Source of the DNA: Bacteroidota bacterium
GTDB lineage: Bacteria > Bacteroidota > Bacteroidia > B-17B0 > Aurantibacillaceae
DNA: 64,000 nucleotides
Direction of reading: 5' to 3'
Assembly: GCA_016708845.1 (NCBI GenBank)
Contig: JADJFB010000018.1
Coordinates: 5,018 to 69,017 of the forward strand
Shown: one piece after another, positions 20,704 to 30,259 of the stretch
How positions within the stretch are numbered: the first letter of the stretch is position 1
How the letters are laid out: the number at the start of each line of letters is the position of its first letter
The notes under the pieces: model-generated
What the model was told of the DNA's origin: nothing
The model's input: only the letters and a program-made list of their open reading frames with translations
The model's database searches: none
Program-made: the position numbers and the translations under genes

Positions 20704-21573
20704 TTAAAAATATAAATCGTCCGTTTTTAAACGTAAATAGCGGCTTACAGAAAGTGCTGCACTTAAGCCTGAAATTAAAACACCCAAAGCCACAATGCCT
20801 CCAAACAATACCGCTAATAAATTAGGGTCTTGTAGCTGCAATAAATCCGGGATATAATTTGTGCTCAACACTAAAAAGCCAGCTAATAAAAAACCTGCTA
20901 GTAAGCCTGCAATAACTCCCTGACGAACCCCTTTTAAAATAAATGGCATACGAATAAAGCCTTGCGTAGCACCCACTAAATACATCGTTCGAATTAAGAA
21001 GCGTTTCGCATAAATGGATAACCTAATGGTGTTGTTAATTAAAGCAATGGCTACTACTAATAACAAGCCGCTAAATATTAAAATGTAAATACTAATGACT
21101 TTTGCATTATCGTTCACTTGCTTAATCATGTCTTTGTGATAGATTACCTCTTTCACAAAATGTTTTTGCATGATCTGTTTTTCGAAACCTGCTAAACTAT
21201 CAATATTAGCGTAATCTGAATTTAATTTCACATCCAAAGAGGATAGTAACGGATTATATCCCAAAAATGTAATAAAATCTTCTCCTAAGTCTTTTTGTAA
21301 TTTTTTAGCTGCTTCGTCTTTGCTGATATAGGCTACTTCCTTAGTAAACGCGGATGAACTAATTTCTTGTTTTAAAATGTCTAACTCTGCTTGTGTTGTT
21401 GTGTCTTTTAATACTACTTGAAACCCTACATTTTCTTTAATATGGTTGGATAATTTTTTAGCATTGATAACCACCAATCCTAAAAGGCCAAGCATAAATA
21501 AAACCAAAGCCAAACTAATGACAACGGTAACCGAAGATGTTTTTAATTTTTGAGTAGCTGTTCTATTCGACAC
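20704..21573 (-). CDS. ftsX: Cell-division permease-like protein FtsX
   Basis: N-terminal TM, periplasmic domain, three C-terminal TMs (FtsX fold). GTG start. No ftsE adjacent. Confidence 0.8.
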   Translation of the reverse strand: MSNRTATQKLKTSSVTVVISLALVLFMLGLLGLVVINAKKLSNHIKENVGFQVVLKDTTTQAELDILKQEISSSAFTKEVAYISKDEAAKKLQKDLGEDFITFLGYNPLLSSLDVKLNSDYANIDSLAGFEKQIMQKHFVKEVIYHKDMIKQVNDNAKVISIYILIFSGLLLVVAIALINNTIRLSIYAKRFLIRTMYLVGATQGFIRMPFILKGVRQGVIAGLLAGFLLAGFLVLSTNYIPDLLQLQDPNLLAVLFGGIVALGVLISGLSAALSVSRYLRLKTDDLYF

Positions 21574-21870
21574 GTTTACTAATTTTAATATCTACTAAAA
21601 ATAAGCAGTATATAAAAACGCAACTGAGATATAATAATGAATAATTAACAGAGGGTTGTTTGTTAGCTTATAACGCTAACTAGCACGTGCACAATTTTTC
21701 TTCTTTTCTTTTTCCTTGATGAAAAAGAAACAAAAAATCAAGGCGAAACGCCAACTTCAATCTTTTTCTCCCACAAAAAGCCTACGCAATGCCACCGAAA
21801 AAATTGCAGTTCGCACCGTTTCGCCAGAACCAGCCGTACTATTACCAACGTATGAGAAAGTTGCTAAAAA

Positions 21871-22545
21871 CTACAATAATAAATCAGGTCTTCTTAATTT
21901 AGTTCTTTCTAAAGACTGTTCATGCCTCCACTCCTCTACTTTTTTGGTGTTTCCGCTAGTTAAAAGCTCTGGCACTTTCCATCCATTATAATCTGCGGGA
22001 CGAGTATAAACTGGAGGTGACAACAAATTGTCTTGAAATGAATCGGATAAAGCCGATGTCTCGTCATTTAAAACGCCTGGAATTAATCGAATAATACCGT
22101 CACATAAAACAGCAGCTGGCAATTCACCACCACTCAATACATAATCTCCAATGGAGATTTCTTTGGTAATAAAGTGCTCACGAATACGCTCATCAATTCC
22201 TTTATAATGGCCACACAGAACAATTAAATTTTTTAAAGTCGATAAATGATTGCAAGTGTTTTGTTTGAGTGTTTCTCCGTCTGGAGTCATGTATATAATT
22301 TCGTCGTAAGTACGTTTACTCTTTAAATCGTTGATACAATTAGCAATGGGTTCAATCATCATTACCATTCCTGCACCACCACCAAAAGCATAATCATCTA
22401 CTTTTCTGTGTGGTTCAATGCCATAATCGCGTAAATCAACCACATTAACCGACACCAACCCTTTTTGAGCGGCTCTTTTTAAAATACTGTGGCTAAATGG
22501 GCTTTCCAATAAAGGCGGATGAACCGTAATGATATCAATATGCAT
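21871..22545 (-). CDS. trmD: tRNA (guanine37-N1)-methyltransferase
   Basis: [13 protein letters not shown] start aligns with the TrmD N-terminus. GGGAGMVM and YTRP motifs. The ORF-track start at 22560 is probably 5 codons too long. Confidence 0.9.
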   Translation of the reverse strand: MHIDIITVHPPLLESPFSHSILKRAAQKGLVSVNVVDLRDYGIEPHRKVDDYAFGGGAGMVMMIEPIANCINDLKSKRTYDEIIYMTPDGETLKQNTCNHLSTLKNLIVLCGHYKGIDERIREHFITKEISIGDYVLSGGELPAAVLCDGIIRLIPGVLNDETSALSDSFQDNLLSPPVYTRPADYNGWKVPELLTSGNTKKVEEWRHEQSLERTKLRRPDLLL

Positions 22546-22548
22546 GCT

Positions 22549-22556
22549 CAAAATTA
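22549..22556 (-). promoter_or_regulatory. -7 promoter box candidate (TAATTTTG on minus strand) for trmD
   Basis: Plus-strand CAAAATTA lies 3 nt upstream of the ATG at 22545. Confidence 0.35.
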
Positions 22557-22600
22557 ACAAAAAATTCAGGAATTATAGCGGTTTAATTATCCCATTAAAC

Positions 22601-22608
22601 TATATTTG
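22601..22608 (+). promoter_or_regulatory. -7 promoter box candidate (TATATTTG)
   Basis: Exact match 22 nt upstream of the ATG at 22631. Confidence 0.4.
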
Positions 22609-22630
22609 TTTAACAAAATTAAATTTTAAG

Positions 22631-23428
22631 ATGAGACATATTCTACTAGCTATTACTTTATTAATTGGGTTACATTCTTTGGCACAAAAAAAAGAAAAAA
22701 AGATTGATCCAGGTTTAAAATATATATACAAGGAAGCTACCTTAGAAACAGATGACTATAATGTTTACATTATTGATGCTGTTGCTGTTGGAAAACAAGT
22801 GAAATTTAAAATTAAAATTTTTAATAAAACCAATGATTACTTATTAATCAAACCAAACGAAATTAATTATGTAGTAGACGGTAAAACTGTTTTTTGCAGA
22901 GATAAAAATTTTGTAGTTCAACCAAATGAAGAGGAAACAGAAGTGCTTGATTTTAGAGGGACAGACATGCAAGCTGATAAATTTACTTTAGAATTAAAAG
23001 GTATTTACAAAGCTTCGGCTGGTGGCCAGGTAACTAAAATTCCAAACTTTGAGTTACCTCCCACTAAAAACGAATTTACGGAAGGAAATTTTACTTGCAC
23101 TTTAAAAAAGAATGAATCCGTTACAGCCAAAGCCTACGGTAAATTTGAATGCATTTATACTGGTGATGGTATTGGCATCATGAGTCCAAATAAGTGTGTA
23201 GCCATTATGCCTAATGGAGCTGAGAATCCAAATGCTAAAAAGAACAAAACGATGATTTTAGAAAGAGGTAAAACTGATGATTTTACAGCAGTGTTTAATG
23301 AAGTACCTGGTGCTGGAGATCTTCAAAAATCAAAGATTGCTATTAAATGGAACGAAACATTTAGAGAATCAAAACTACAGAAATTAAATCTTGCTAAAGT
23401 TGAGTTGATTAAAGATATAATTAAATAA
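22631..23428 (+). CDS. Secreted hypothetical protein with two similar beta-sandwich-like halves
   Basis: MRHILLAITLLIGLHSLAQ signal peptide. The ORF-track start at 22529 is an unsupported extension. No recognised domain. Confidence 0.55.
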   Translation: MRHILLAITLLIGLHSLAQKKEKKIDPGLKYIYKEATLETDDYNVYIIDAVAVGKQVKFKIKIFNKTNDYLLIKPNEINYVVDGKTVFCRDKNFVVQPNEEETEVLDFRGTDMQADKFTLELKGIYKASAGGQVTKIPNFELPPTKNEFTEGNFTCTLKKNESVTAKAYGKFECIYTGDGIGIMSPNKCVAIMPNGAENPNAKKNKTMILERGKTDDFTAVFNEVPGAGDLQKSKIAIKWNETFRESKLQKLNLAKVELIKDIIK

Positions 23429-23430
23429 TT

Positions 23431-24303
23431 TTATTTCTTCTCTAATCTTCCCCAAACACCAAGTGGTAATTTAATTCCACTTTTTGCGTCTAGATATAAT
23501 TCTCCGATACTTAAATTGGATTTATGTTTGGTAGCAAATGGCTCTAATAAATTTTGAGGTACTAATGCCGAAAAGCCTAATGAATAAGCATTAAGAATCA
23601 GTAAATGTTGCTTAGGATCTAAGATTTGCAATACACTATCAATCATTTCTAAAATATTATCTTCTAATTTCCACTTCTCACCATTTGGTCCGTGCCCAAA
23701 AGCTGGAGGATCTAAAATAATGCCTTGGTATAAATTTCCTCTGCGTTGTTCTTTCTTTACAAACTTTAGAGCATCATCAATCATCCAACGGATATTATCC
23801 AAATTAGATTTTTGCATGTTTTCGTTAGCCCAATTCACTACTTGCTTAATACTATCTACGTGTGTTACATCCGCTCCAGCTGCTCTTGCAGCCACAGAAG
23901 CTCCTCCGGTGTAGGCAAATAAATTTAAGAATTTAGGTTTTTCTAAAGGAGATAGATAATCAAAAATCACATCCCAGTTACAAGCCTGTTCAGGAAACAC
24001 CCCCACATGTTTAAATGAGGTTAAACCTAAACGCAAGGTGATTTCTGTATTCCCCAAAGGATAAGAAATTGTCCATTGATCAGGCATTTTTTTTAAGGCC
24101 TTCCACTCTCCACTTGAGCTGCTTTTAGGCACAAATTTCACATGCGCTTGCTTTTCCCATTCAGCATATGAGTATTTTTTTTTCCAAACAGCTTGTGGTT
24201 CAGGGCGAATAGTAATGTATTTACCAAAACGTTCCAGTTTTTCAAAATCACCACAATCTATTAGTTCATAGTCTTGCCAGTGGGTTGGAGTTAATAATTG
24301 CAT
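23431..24303 (-). CDS. Class I SAM-dependent methyltransferase (COG1092 / RlmI-like catalytic domain without PUA)
   Basis: FLNLFAYTGGASVAAR SAM-binding motif and ILDPPAFG motif. Confidence 0.75.
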   Translation of the reverse strand: MQLLTPTHWQDYELIDCGDFEKLERFGKYITIRPEPQAVWKKKYSYAEWEKQAHVKFVPKSSSSGEWKALKKMPDQWTISYPLGNTEITLRLGLTSFKHVGVFPEQACNWDVIFDYLSPLEKPKFLNLFAYTGGASVAARAAGADVTHVDSIKQVVNWANENMQKSNLDNIRWMIDDALKFVKKEQRRGNLYQGIILDPPAFGHGPNGEKWKLEDNILEMIDSVLQILDPKQHLLILNAYSLGFSALVPQNLLEPFATKHKSNLSIGELYLDAKSGIKLPLGVWGRLEKK

Positions 24304-24445
24304 TCTGTGAAGTTATGAGTTATGTGTTATGTGTTATAAATTTTATAAAGAAGTAGTAAAAAGAAGGTTGTTAATAAAAGGGTTTAGCTACAGAAACTCT
24401 ACTGAACTAAAAGTTCTACTTTAGATACATATCAATTTAATTTTT

Positions 24446-25855
24446 ATGCAGAAATTACAATCATCGTTTGTTGCACTTATAAGTGTGTTTTTCTTTTGGG
24501 GTTTTGTGGCGGCTAGTAACGGAATTTTAATTCCTTTATTCAAAGAAAAATTTACACTCACACAATTTCAGTCTCAATTAGTTGATTTAGCTTTTTATGC
24601 GGCTTATGCCGTAGGTTCTATCATTTATTTTTTTGCTTCACGTGCATATGGAGATCCTGTAAATAAAATTGGTTATAAAAAAGCCCTCATTTTAGGTTTA
24701 TTAATTTCAGCAATTGGCTCATTATTTTTTATTCCAGCAGCTAGTTTAAATTCCTACCCATTATTATTATGTGCCTTATTTATCATTGGTTTAGGATTTG
24801 CCTTACAACAAATTGTAGCGAATCCTTTTGTAATAAACTTTGGCGCTAAAGAAACTGGGGCGCAACGTTTAAATCTAGCAGGGGGTATTAACTCTTTTGG
24901 AACAACCATTGGTCCCGTAATTTTAAGTTATGCATTATTTGGCAACATTAGTGCGCCAGCAGCAGCAGATAGCAGCTTAGAGGCAGTGAAAATTCCTGCA
25001 CTCATTTTATTTGCTTTGTTTATTTTGTGTGCTAGCATTTTATGGTTTTCTAAATTACCAGAAGTCACCAATTCCGAAAAGTTAGATAAAGACTTAGGCG
25101 CTTTAAAATATCCGCAATTAACATTAGGGATGGTAGCCATTTTTATATATGTGGGCGTTGAAGTAACTATACAAAGTAACATGGGCGCTTTATTAGCGAT
25201 GCCAGAAATTAAAGGTATTGACCATACAAAAATTTCTCATTTTATTTCCTTGTATTGGGGTAGTTTAATGATTGGGCGTTGGACCGGTGCTTTAGCGGTT
25301 TTTAATTTTAGTAAAACAATTAAAATCATTATGCAGTTTATTACGCCATTTATTGCTTTTGGAGTTATTTATGGTATTAACTATTTAAGAGGAAGCAACG
25401 TGGACGATTATATATTTTACATCCCATATATTTTATTAGCAACATTAATATTCATTTTCTCGGGCGACAATCCTGCTCGAACTTTAATGATACTCAGTTT
25501 AACAGCTTGTGTGATGATGGTTGTTGGATTAGTGAGCACAGGAAATTTAGCATTATACTCTTTTATTAGCGGCGGATTATTTTGTTCAGTGATGTGGCCT
25601 TGTATTTTTGCATTAGCTATTAATGGTTTAGGAAAATACACCAATCAAGGTTCTTCTTTATTAGTAATGATGATTTTAGGCGGAGCCTTAATTCCTCCAT
25701 TTCAAGGGTTTTTAGTAGATGTATTAAATCCGCATTTATCCTATATTGTTACTGTATTTTGCTTTGCTTATTTAGCTTGGTACGCTTACAAAGTAACTTC
25801 TATCTTTAAAAAACAAGGCATTGAATTAGATTCTAATTCTAGTGCAGCACATTAA
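24446..25855 (+). CDS. MFS sugar transporter, FucP/GluP (fucose / glucose-galactose:H+ symporter) family
   Basis: 12-TM profile. N-terminal FFWGFVAASNGILIPLFK is typical of the family. Confidence 0.8.
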   Translation: MQKLQSSFVALISVFFFWGFVAASNGILIPLFKEKFTLTQFQSQLVDLAFYAAYAVGSIIYFFASRAYGDPVNKIGYKKALILGLLISAIGSLFFIPAASLNSYPLLLCALFIIGLGFALQQIVANPFVINFGAKETGAQRLNLAGGINSFGTTIGPVILSYALFGNISAPAAADSSLEAVKIPALILFALFILCASILWFSKLPEVTNSEKLDKDLGALKYPQLTLGMVAIFIYVGVEVTIQSNMGALLAMPEIKGIDHTKISHFISLYWGSLMIGRWTGALAVFNFSKTIKIIMQFITPFIAFGVIYGINYLRGSNVDDYIFYIPYILLATLIFIFSGDNPARTLMILSLTACVMMVVGLVSTGNLALYSFISGGLFCSVMWPCIFALAINGLGKYTNQGSSLLVMMILGGALIPPFQGFLVDVLNPHLSYIVTVFCFAYLAWYAYKVTSIFKKQGIELDSNSSAAH

Positions 25856-25879
25856 TATAAATTTATAACATAGCAAGAA

Positions 25880-26332
25880 ATGAAAGTAACGATTAACGTC
25901 AAATTAGTAAATTCAAAATTTAGTCAAGCTTACGCCGATAAAGATAATGAAGGAGAAGAAACAGAAGACAATATCAAATATTTATGGGAAGATGAATTTG
26001 ATGTGCAAGGCAATGTAAGAGAGTTTAAAGTGGTTAATAATGCTACTTATTTATTAAGAGGTTTATACCCTAACGATGATGAATTTTGTTTTGAAATTCC
26101 CGACATGATGATTGTAGAATGCACCATGGATGATGGCTCAATTACGCAACTACCTTTTTCTAAAAAAGCAGTGAGTAAAACAGATAAGGTTGAATCAAGT
26201 GACAGCTTCTTGTTTAATGTGTATTTAAAAAGTGTTCGTCAGGTGGTAAACCCTATGACTGGCGTTTATATTTTAGCAGATGATTTTCCGAAAGAATTAT
26301 CAGAATTGGTAAATAACGATGAGGAAGAATAA
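25880..26332 (+). CDS. Acidic cytoplasmic hypothetical protein (150 aa)
   Basis: ATG 24 nt after the transporter stop. The 3' end overlaps the GH20 start by 14 nt. No signal peptide, D/E-rich, no recognised domain. Confidence 0.5.
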   Translation: MKVTINVKLVNSKFSQAYADKDNEGEETEDNIKYLWEDEFDVQGNVREFKVVNNATYLLRGLYPNDDEFCFEIPDMMIVECTMDDGSITQLPFSKKAVSKTDKVESSDSFLFNVYLKSVRQVVNPMTGVYILADDFPKELSELVNNDEEE

Positions 26333-28598
26333 ATTATTCTTCATACTATTAATTATTATATCGTTGAGAATTATTTCTCAAGAACAACAATCTTCATTAC
26401 CAATTATTCCTTTTCCTAAAGAGTGCAAACAGTTGCCAGGAAATTTTGTGCTGTCCTCTTCTACAAAAATTGTCGCAACTTCGCTAAAAGTACAAAATGA
26501 AATTGATTGGTTTAACGACTATTTAAAAACCTATTATGGTTTTACGCTTCAGGTAGTCGATAAAGAGCCCAAAAATGGGAACTACATTCAATTTACAATT
26601 CCTGATTGGGAAGCTGGCTACAAAGAAAATTATCATCTAACCATTTCTGAAAATGCTATTACAATTTTAGCAGAAGGAAATAGTGCAGGAAATTTTTATG
26701 CCCTTCAAACTTTGATTCAATTATTGCCAATTGAAAAAGGTAATGCACTTTTAATACCATGCGTTCAAATAAAAGATTCACCCCGATTTGAATGGAGAGC
26801 CATGCACTTAGATGTATCTCGTCACTTTTTTCCAATTAGTTTTATTAAAAAGTACATCGACATTTTAGCGATGTATAAAATGAATACTTTTCATTGGCAT
26901 CTAACCGACGACCAAGGATGGCGCATTGAAATTAAAAAATATCCAAAGCTAACTACAGTGGGTGCATGGAGAAAAGGAACCATGGTTGGTAAATACAGCG
27001 ATCATAAATATGATAGTATCCCCTATGGTGGATTTTATACACAGGAACAAATTAAGGAAGTTGTCACTTATGCTGCTAAGCGACATGTTACCACTGTTCC
27101 TGAAATAGAAATGCCTGGTCATGCTGTTGCGGCTATTGCCTCTTATCCTTATCTATCATGCACTGGAAAACAAATAGATGTTGAAAAAGGTTGGGGAGTA
27201 TTTGAAGACGTATTTTGTACAAAAGATTCAACCTTTCAGTTTATACAAAATGTGCTGGATGAAGTGATTCCTTTATTCCCTGGAAAGTACATTCACATTG
27301 GCGGAGATGAAAGTCCTAAAACGAGATGGAAGGTTTGTCAGCAATGTCAAAAGAGAATAAAAGATGAACACCTAAAAGATGAACATGAGTTACAAAGTTA
27401 TTTTATTAAACGCATAGAAAAATATGTAAATAGTAAAGGCAAACAAATTATTGGATGGGACGAAATTTTAGAAGGAGGCTTAGCGCCTAACGCTGCGGTT
27501 ATGAGTTGGCAAGGCATTGAAGGAGGAATAGCAGCAGCCAAACAAAAACATATGGCAGTGATGACTCCTGGTTCACATTGTTATTTTGACCATTATCAAG
27601 CTCCTGCATCAGATGAACCTTTGGCAATTGGCGGTTATACTCCTATTGAAAAAGTATACAGTTACGAACCAATTCCTAATGAACTGAATACAGAAGAACA
27701 ACACTATATTCTAGGAGCACAAGCCAATCTATGGACGGAATATATTTTAAATGAAAAGCATTTAGAATATATGGCACTACCTCGTATGGCAGCATTAGCC
27801 GAAGTAGTATGGACACCAAAAGAAATAAAAAATGAAACTGCTTTTTTAACTCGTCTTCAAAAACACTTTTTATTGTTAGATAAATTAAATATCAATTACG
27901 CGAAAGCCTTATATAAAGTAGAATCAAAAGTTTCACCGTCAACAACAACCAAACATATTGCCTTAGAGTTAAATGCTAATTCGTCTCTTGGAGAAATTCG
28001 TTTTACAACTGATGGCACAACACCAACGACTGAATCCTTATTATATCAATCGCCTATAGAGTTAGAAAAAGATATTACCATTACAAGTGCATTATTTAAA
28101 GGCAAAGAATTGAAAGGAAAAATAGCTTCTCGCAATTATTCGATTAATAAAGCCACCAACAAACCCATTACATTAAAAACACCTCCTAGTAAATCTTACA
28201 ATTATGGTGGTGGATTTAATTTGGTAAATGGTATTGTAGCCAAACTACCGAGAGCCAATAACGAATGGCTTGGTTGGGGCGGAAATGATTTAGAGGCAAT
28301 TATTAATTTAGAAAACAAAGAAGAAATTTCACAAATACAAATTGGATTTCTAAATGAAGAATTAAGTTGGATTTACTTGCCAAAAGAAATTGAATTTTTA
28401 ATTTCTGACGATGGTAAAACATTTACATCTATTGGCAAAACAACCGTAAAAGATAATCGCTTTGCAAAATTACAAGTCACTAAAATTAAAACGACCTACG
28501 TTAAAATTATTGCAACCAACTTTGGCAACATTCCTACAGGTAATCCTGGCGCTGGAGAACCCGCTTGGCTATTTTGCGATGAAATTCAAATACAATAA
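26319..28598 (+). CDS. Beta-N-acetylhexosaminidase (GH20) with C-terminal CHB_HEX_C-like and F5/8-type-C (discoidin)-like modules
   Basis: Signal peptide. HWHLTDDQGWR and HIGGDE catalytic motifs. Confidence 0.9.
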   Translation: MRKNKLFFILLIIISLRIISQEQQSSLPIIPFPKECKQLPGNFVLSSSTKIVATSLKVQNEIDWFNDYLKTYYGFTLQVVDKEPKNGNYIQFTIPDWEAGYKENYHLTISENAITILAEGNSAGNFYALQTLIQLLPIEKGNALLIPCVQIKDSPRFEWRAMHLDVSRHFFPISFIKKYIDILAMYKMNTFHWHLTDDQGWRIEIKKYPKLTTVGAWRKGTMVGKYSDHKYDSIPYGGFYTQEQIKEVVTYAAKRHVTTVPEIEMPGHAVAAIASYPYLSCTGKQIDVEKGWGVFEDVFCTKDSTFQFIQNVLDEVIPLFPGKYIHIGGDESPKTRWKVCQQCQKRIKDEHLKDEHELQSYFIKRIEKYVNSKGKQIIGWDEILEGGLAPNAAVMSWQGIEGGIAAAKQKHMAVMTPGSHCYFDHYQAPASDEPLAIGGYTPIEKVYSYEPIPNELNTEEQHYILGAQANLWTEYILNEKHLEYMALPRMAALAEVVWTPKEIKNETAFLTRLQKHFLLLDKLNINYAKALYKVESKVSPSTTTKHIALELNANSSLGEIRFTTDGTTPTTESLLYQSPIELEKDITITSALFKGKELKGKIASRNYSINKATNKPITLKTPPSKSYNYGGGFNLVNGIVAKLPRANNEWLGWGGNDLEAIINLENKEEISQIQIGFLNEELSWIYLPKEIEFLISDDGKTFTSIGKTTVKDNRFAKLQVTKIKTTYVKIIATNFGNIPTGNPGAGEPAWLFCDEIQIQ

Positions 28599-28599
28599 C

Positions 28600-29592
28600 A
28601 TGAATACAAACCGACGACAATTCATAAAGCTTTCAGCATTTGCAACTTCCTTGTTTGCTTTTAATAAAAGTAAAGCATCAGAGGTTATAACTAATGCATC
28701 TAAAGAACAAATCAAACCAATTGTGATTTCTACTTGGCGTTTTGGTGTAGAAGCCAACGCAGAGGCTTGGAAAATCTTATCGAACAAAGGAAGAGCATTA
28801 GATGCGGTGGAAGCTGGAGTAAAAATTCCTGAGGCCGACCCTAAGGAACGAAGTGTTGGTTATGGCGGCAGGCCTGACCGTGATGGAAGAGTCACTTTAG
28901 ATGCGTGCATCATGGATGATTTCGCAAATATTGGTTCCGTTGGTTGTTTGGAACATATTGTACATCCTATCTCGGTAGCAAGAGCCGTCATGGAAAAAAC
29001 ACCACATACCATGTTAGTTGGCGAAGGCGCTTTAGATTTTGCTTTATCACAAGGCTTTAAAAAAGAAAATTTATTGGTCAAAGAATCTGAAGAGGAATGG
29101 AAAGAGTGGTTAAAAACATCAAAATACAAGCCGATAGCCAATATCGAAAACCATGATACAATAGGCATGGTAGCTTTAGATATGAACGGTAATTTATCAG
29201 GTGCGTGCACAACCAGTGGCATGGCTTTTAAAATGCACGGACGAATTGGAGACTCACCCATTATTGGCGCGGGCTTATTTGTAGATAATGAAGTTGGCGC
29301 AGCAACTGCTACAGGACATGGTGAAGAAGTCATGAGAATTGTAGGAAGTCATACCGTAGTAGAATTAATGCGTCAAGGATTGGCTCCTGAAGAAGCTTGC
29401 AGAAAAGCAGTAGAGAGAATCATCACCATTGCAAAAAGAAAAAACAAACCATTAGATGAATTACAAATTGGATTCATTGCCATTAACAAAAAAGGAGAAC
29501 ATGGCGCCTACTGCTTACAGAAAGGTTTTAACTATGCAGTCTATTCTCCTGAAATAAACAATCAATTAATTGATGCTAAACACATCCTTTAA
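28600..29592 (+). CDS. N4-(beta-N-acetylglucosaminyl)-L-asparaginase (glycosylasparaginase, Ntn hydrolase)
   Basis: Twin-arginine signal MNTNRRQFIKLSAFA. Autoprocessing/nucleophile site HDTIGMVALD. The ATG follows the GH20 stop directly. The ORF-track start at 28462 overlaps GH20 and is unsupported. Confidence 0.88.
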   Translation: MNTNRRQFIKLSAFATSLFAFNKSKASEVITNASKEQIKPIVISTWRFGVEANAEAWKILSNKGRALDAVEAGVKIPEADPKERSVGYGGRPDRDGRVTLDACIMDDFANIGSVGCLEHIVHPISVARAVMEKTPHTMLVGEGALDFALSQGFKKENLLVKESEEEWKEWLKTSKYKPIANIENHDTIGMVALDMNGNLSGACTTSGMAFKMHGRIGDSPIIGAGLFVDNEVGAATATGHGEEVMRIVGSHTVVELMRQGLAPEEACRKAVERIITIAKRKNKPLDELQIGFIAINKKGEHGAYCLQKGFNYAVYSPEINNQLIDAKHIL

Positions 29593-30259
29593 ATATGTAT
29601 TAGAAATTGCATGCTTTAATGTGCAATCTTGTGCACAAGCTCAAGAGGCTGGAGCAGACAGAATTGAATTTTGTGATAATTATAGTTTAGGAGGAATTAC
29701 TCCATCACAAACTGACATTATTGAAGCAAAAAAATTATTACATATTCCTTTACACGTGATTATTCGTCCGCGTGGAGGAAATTTTGTTTATGATACGAAA
29801 GAGATAGAAATGATGAAGCATGATGTTTTATTTTGTAAAGAACATAACATAGATGGCGTAGTTTTTGGTGTTTTAAATTCTGACAATACTATTGATGTAA
29901 AAGCAAATAAAGAATTAGTTGAACTCGCCAAACCAATGTCGGTAACATTTCATAGAGCCATTGATTCATGTGAGAATATAGAAAAATCATTGGAGGAAAT
30001 TATTGAACTTGGGTTTAACAAAGTACTAACATCAGGCGGAAAACAAAACGCTTTAGACGGAATTGACACATTAAAAAAATGTCAAGAAAAGTATGGAGAA
30101 AAAATTACGATTATTCCAGGAGGTGGTATCAGAAGTAACAATATAGGATTAATTGCAAAGGAAACAGGCTGCATCCAATTTCATTCGGCAGCACTTACTA
30201 ATAGTTCGGACATTGCAGATGCAAATGAAATAAAATATTTAAAAGCAACCTTGTTTTGA
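29573..30259 (+). CDS. cutC: CutC-family TIM-barrel protein
   Basis: LEIACFNVQSCAQAQEAGADRIEFC and TFHRAID motifs. No signal peptide. Overlaps the asparaginase 3' end, and its TGA overlaps the TTG start of the next gene. Confidence 0.85.
   Translation: MLNTSFKYVLEIACFNVQSCAQAQEAGADRIEFCDNYSLGGITPSQTDIIEAKKLLHIPLHVIIRPRGGNFVYDTKEIEMMKHDVLFCKEHNIDGVVFGVLNSDNTIDVKANKELVELAKPMSVTFHRAIDSCENIEKSLEEIIELGFNKVLTSGGKQNALDGIDTLKKCQEKYGEKITIIPGGGIRSNNIGLIAKETGCIQFHSAALTNSSDIADANEIKYLKATLF

Noticed and set aside
21716-21991. 91-aa plus-strand ORF in the trmD-ftsX spacer
   Set aside because: The sequence is low-complexity and K-rich. Its 3' third runs antisense through the trmD 3' end, and there is no promoter box or conserved features.
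24311-24345. Short GTTATGT-type reiteration (gttatgagttatgtgttatgtgttataa) upstream of the MFS transporter
   Set aside because: There are only about 3 imperfect units and no spacer-repeat architecture. It is too short to call a tandem repeat or CRISPR.
28462-28599. N-terminal extension of the asparaginase ORF overlapping GH20
   Set aside because: The Tat signal peptide MNTNRRQFIK begins at 28600, directly after the GH20 stop. The extension is just the GH20 3' end read in another frame.
28860-29333. 157-aa ORF antisense to the glycosylasparaginase gene
   Set aside because: The opposite strand carries unmistakable Ntn-hydrolase motifs. The antisense translation is Ala/Pro/Ser-rich with no start context. 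It is a typical shadow ORF.
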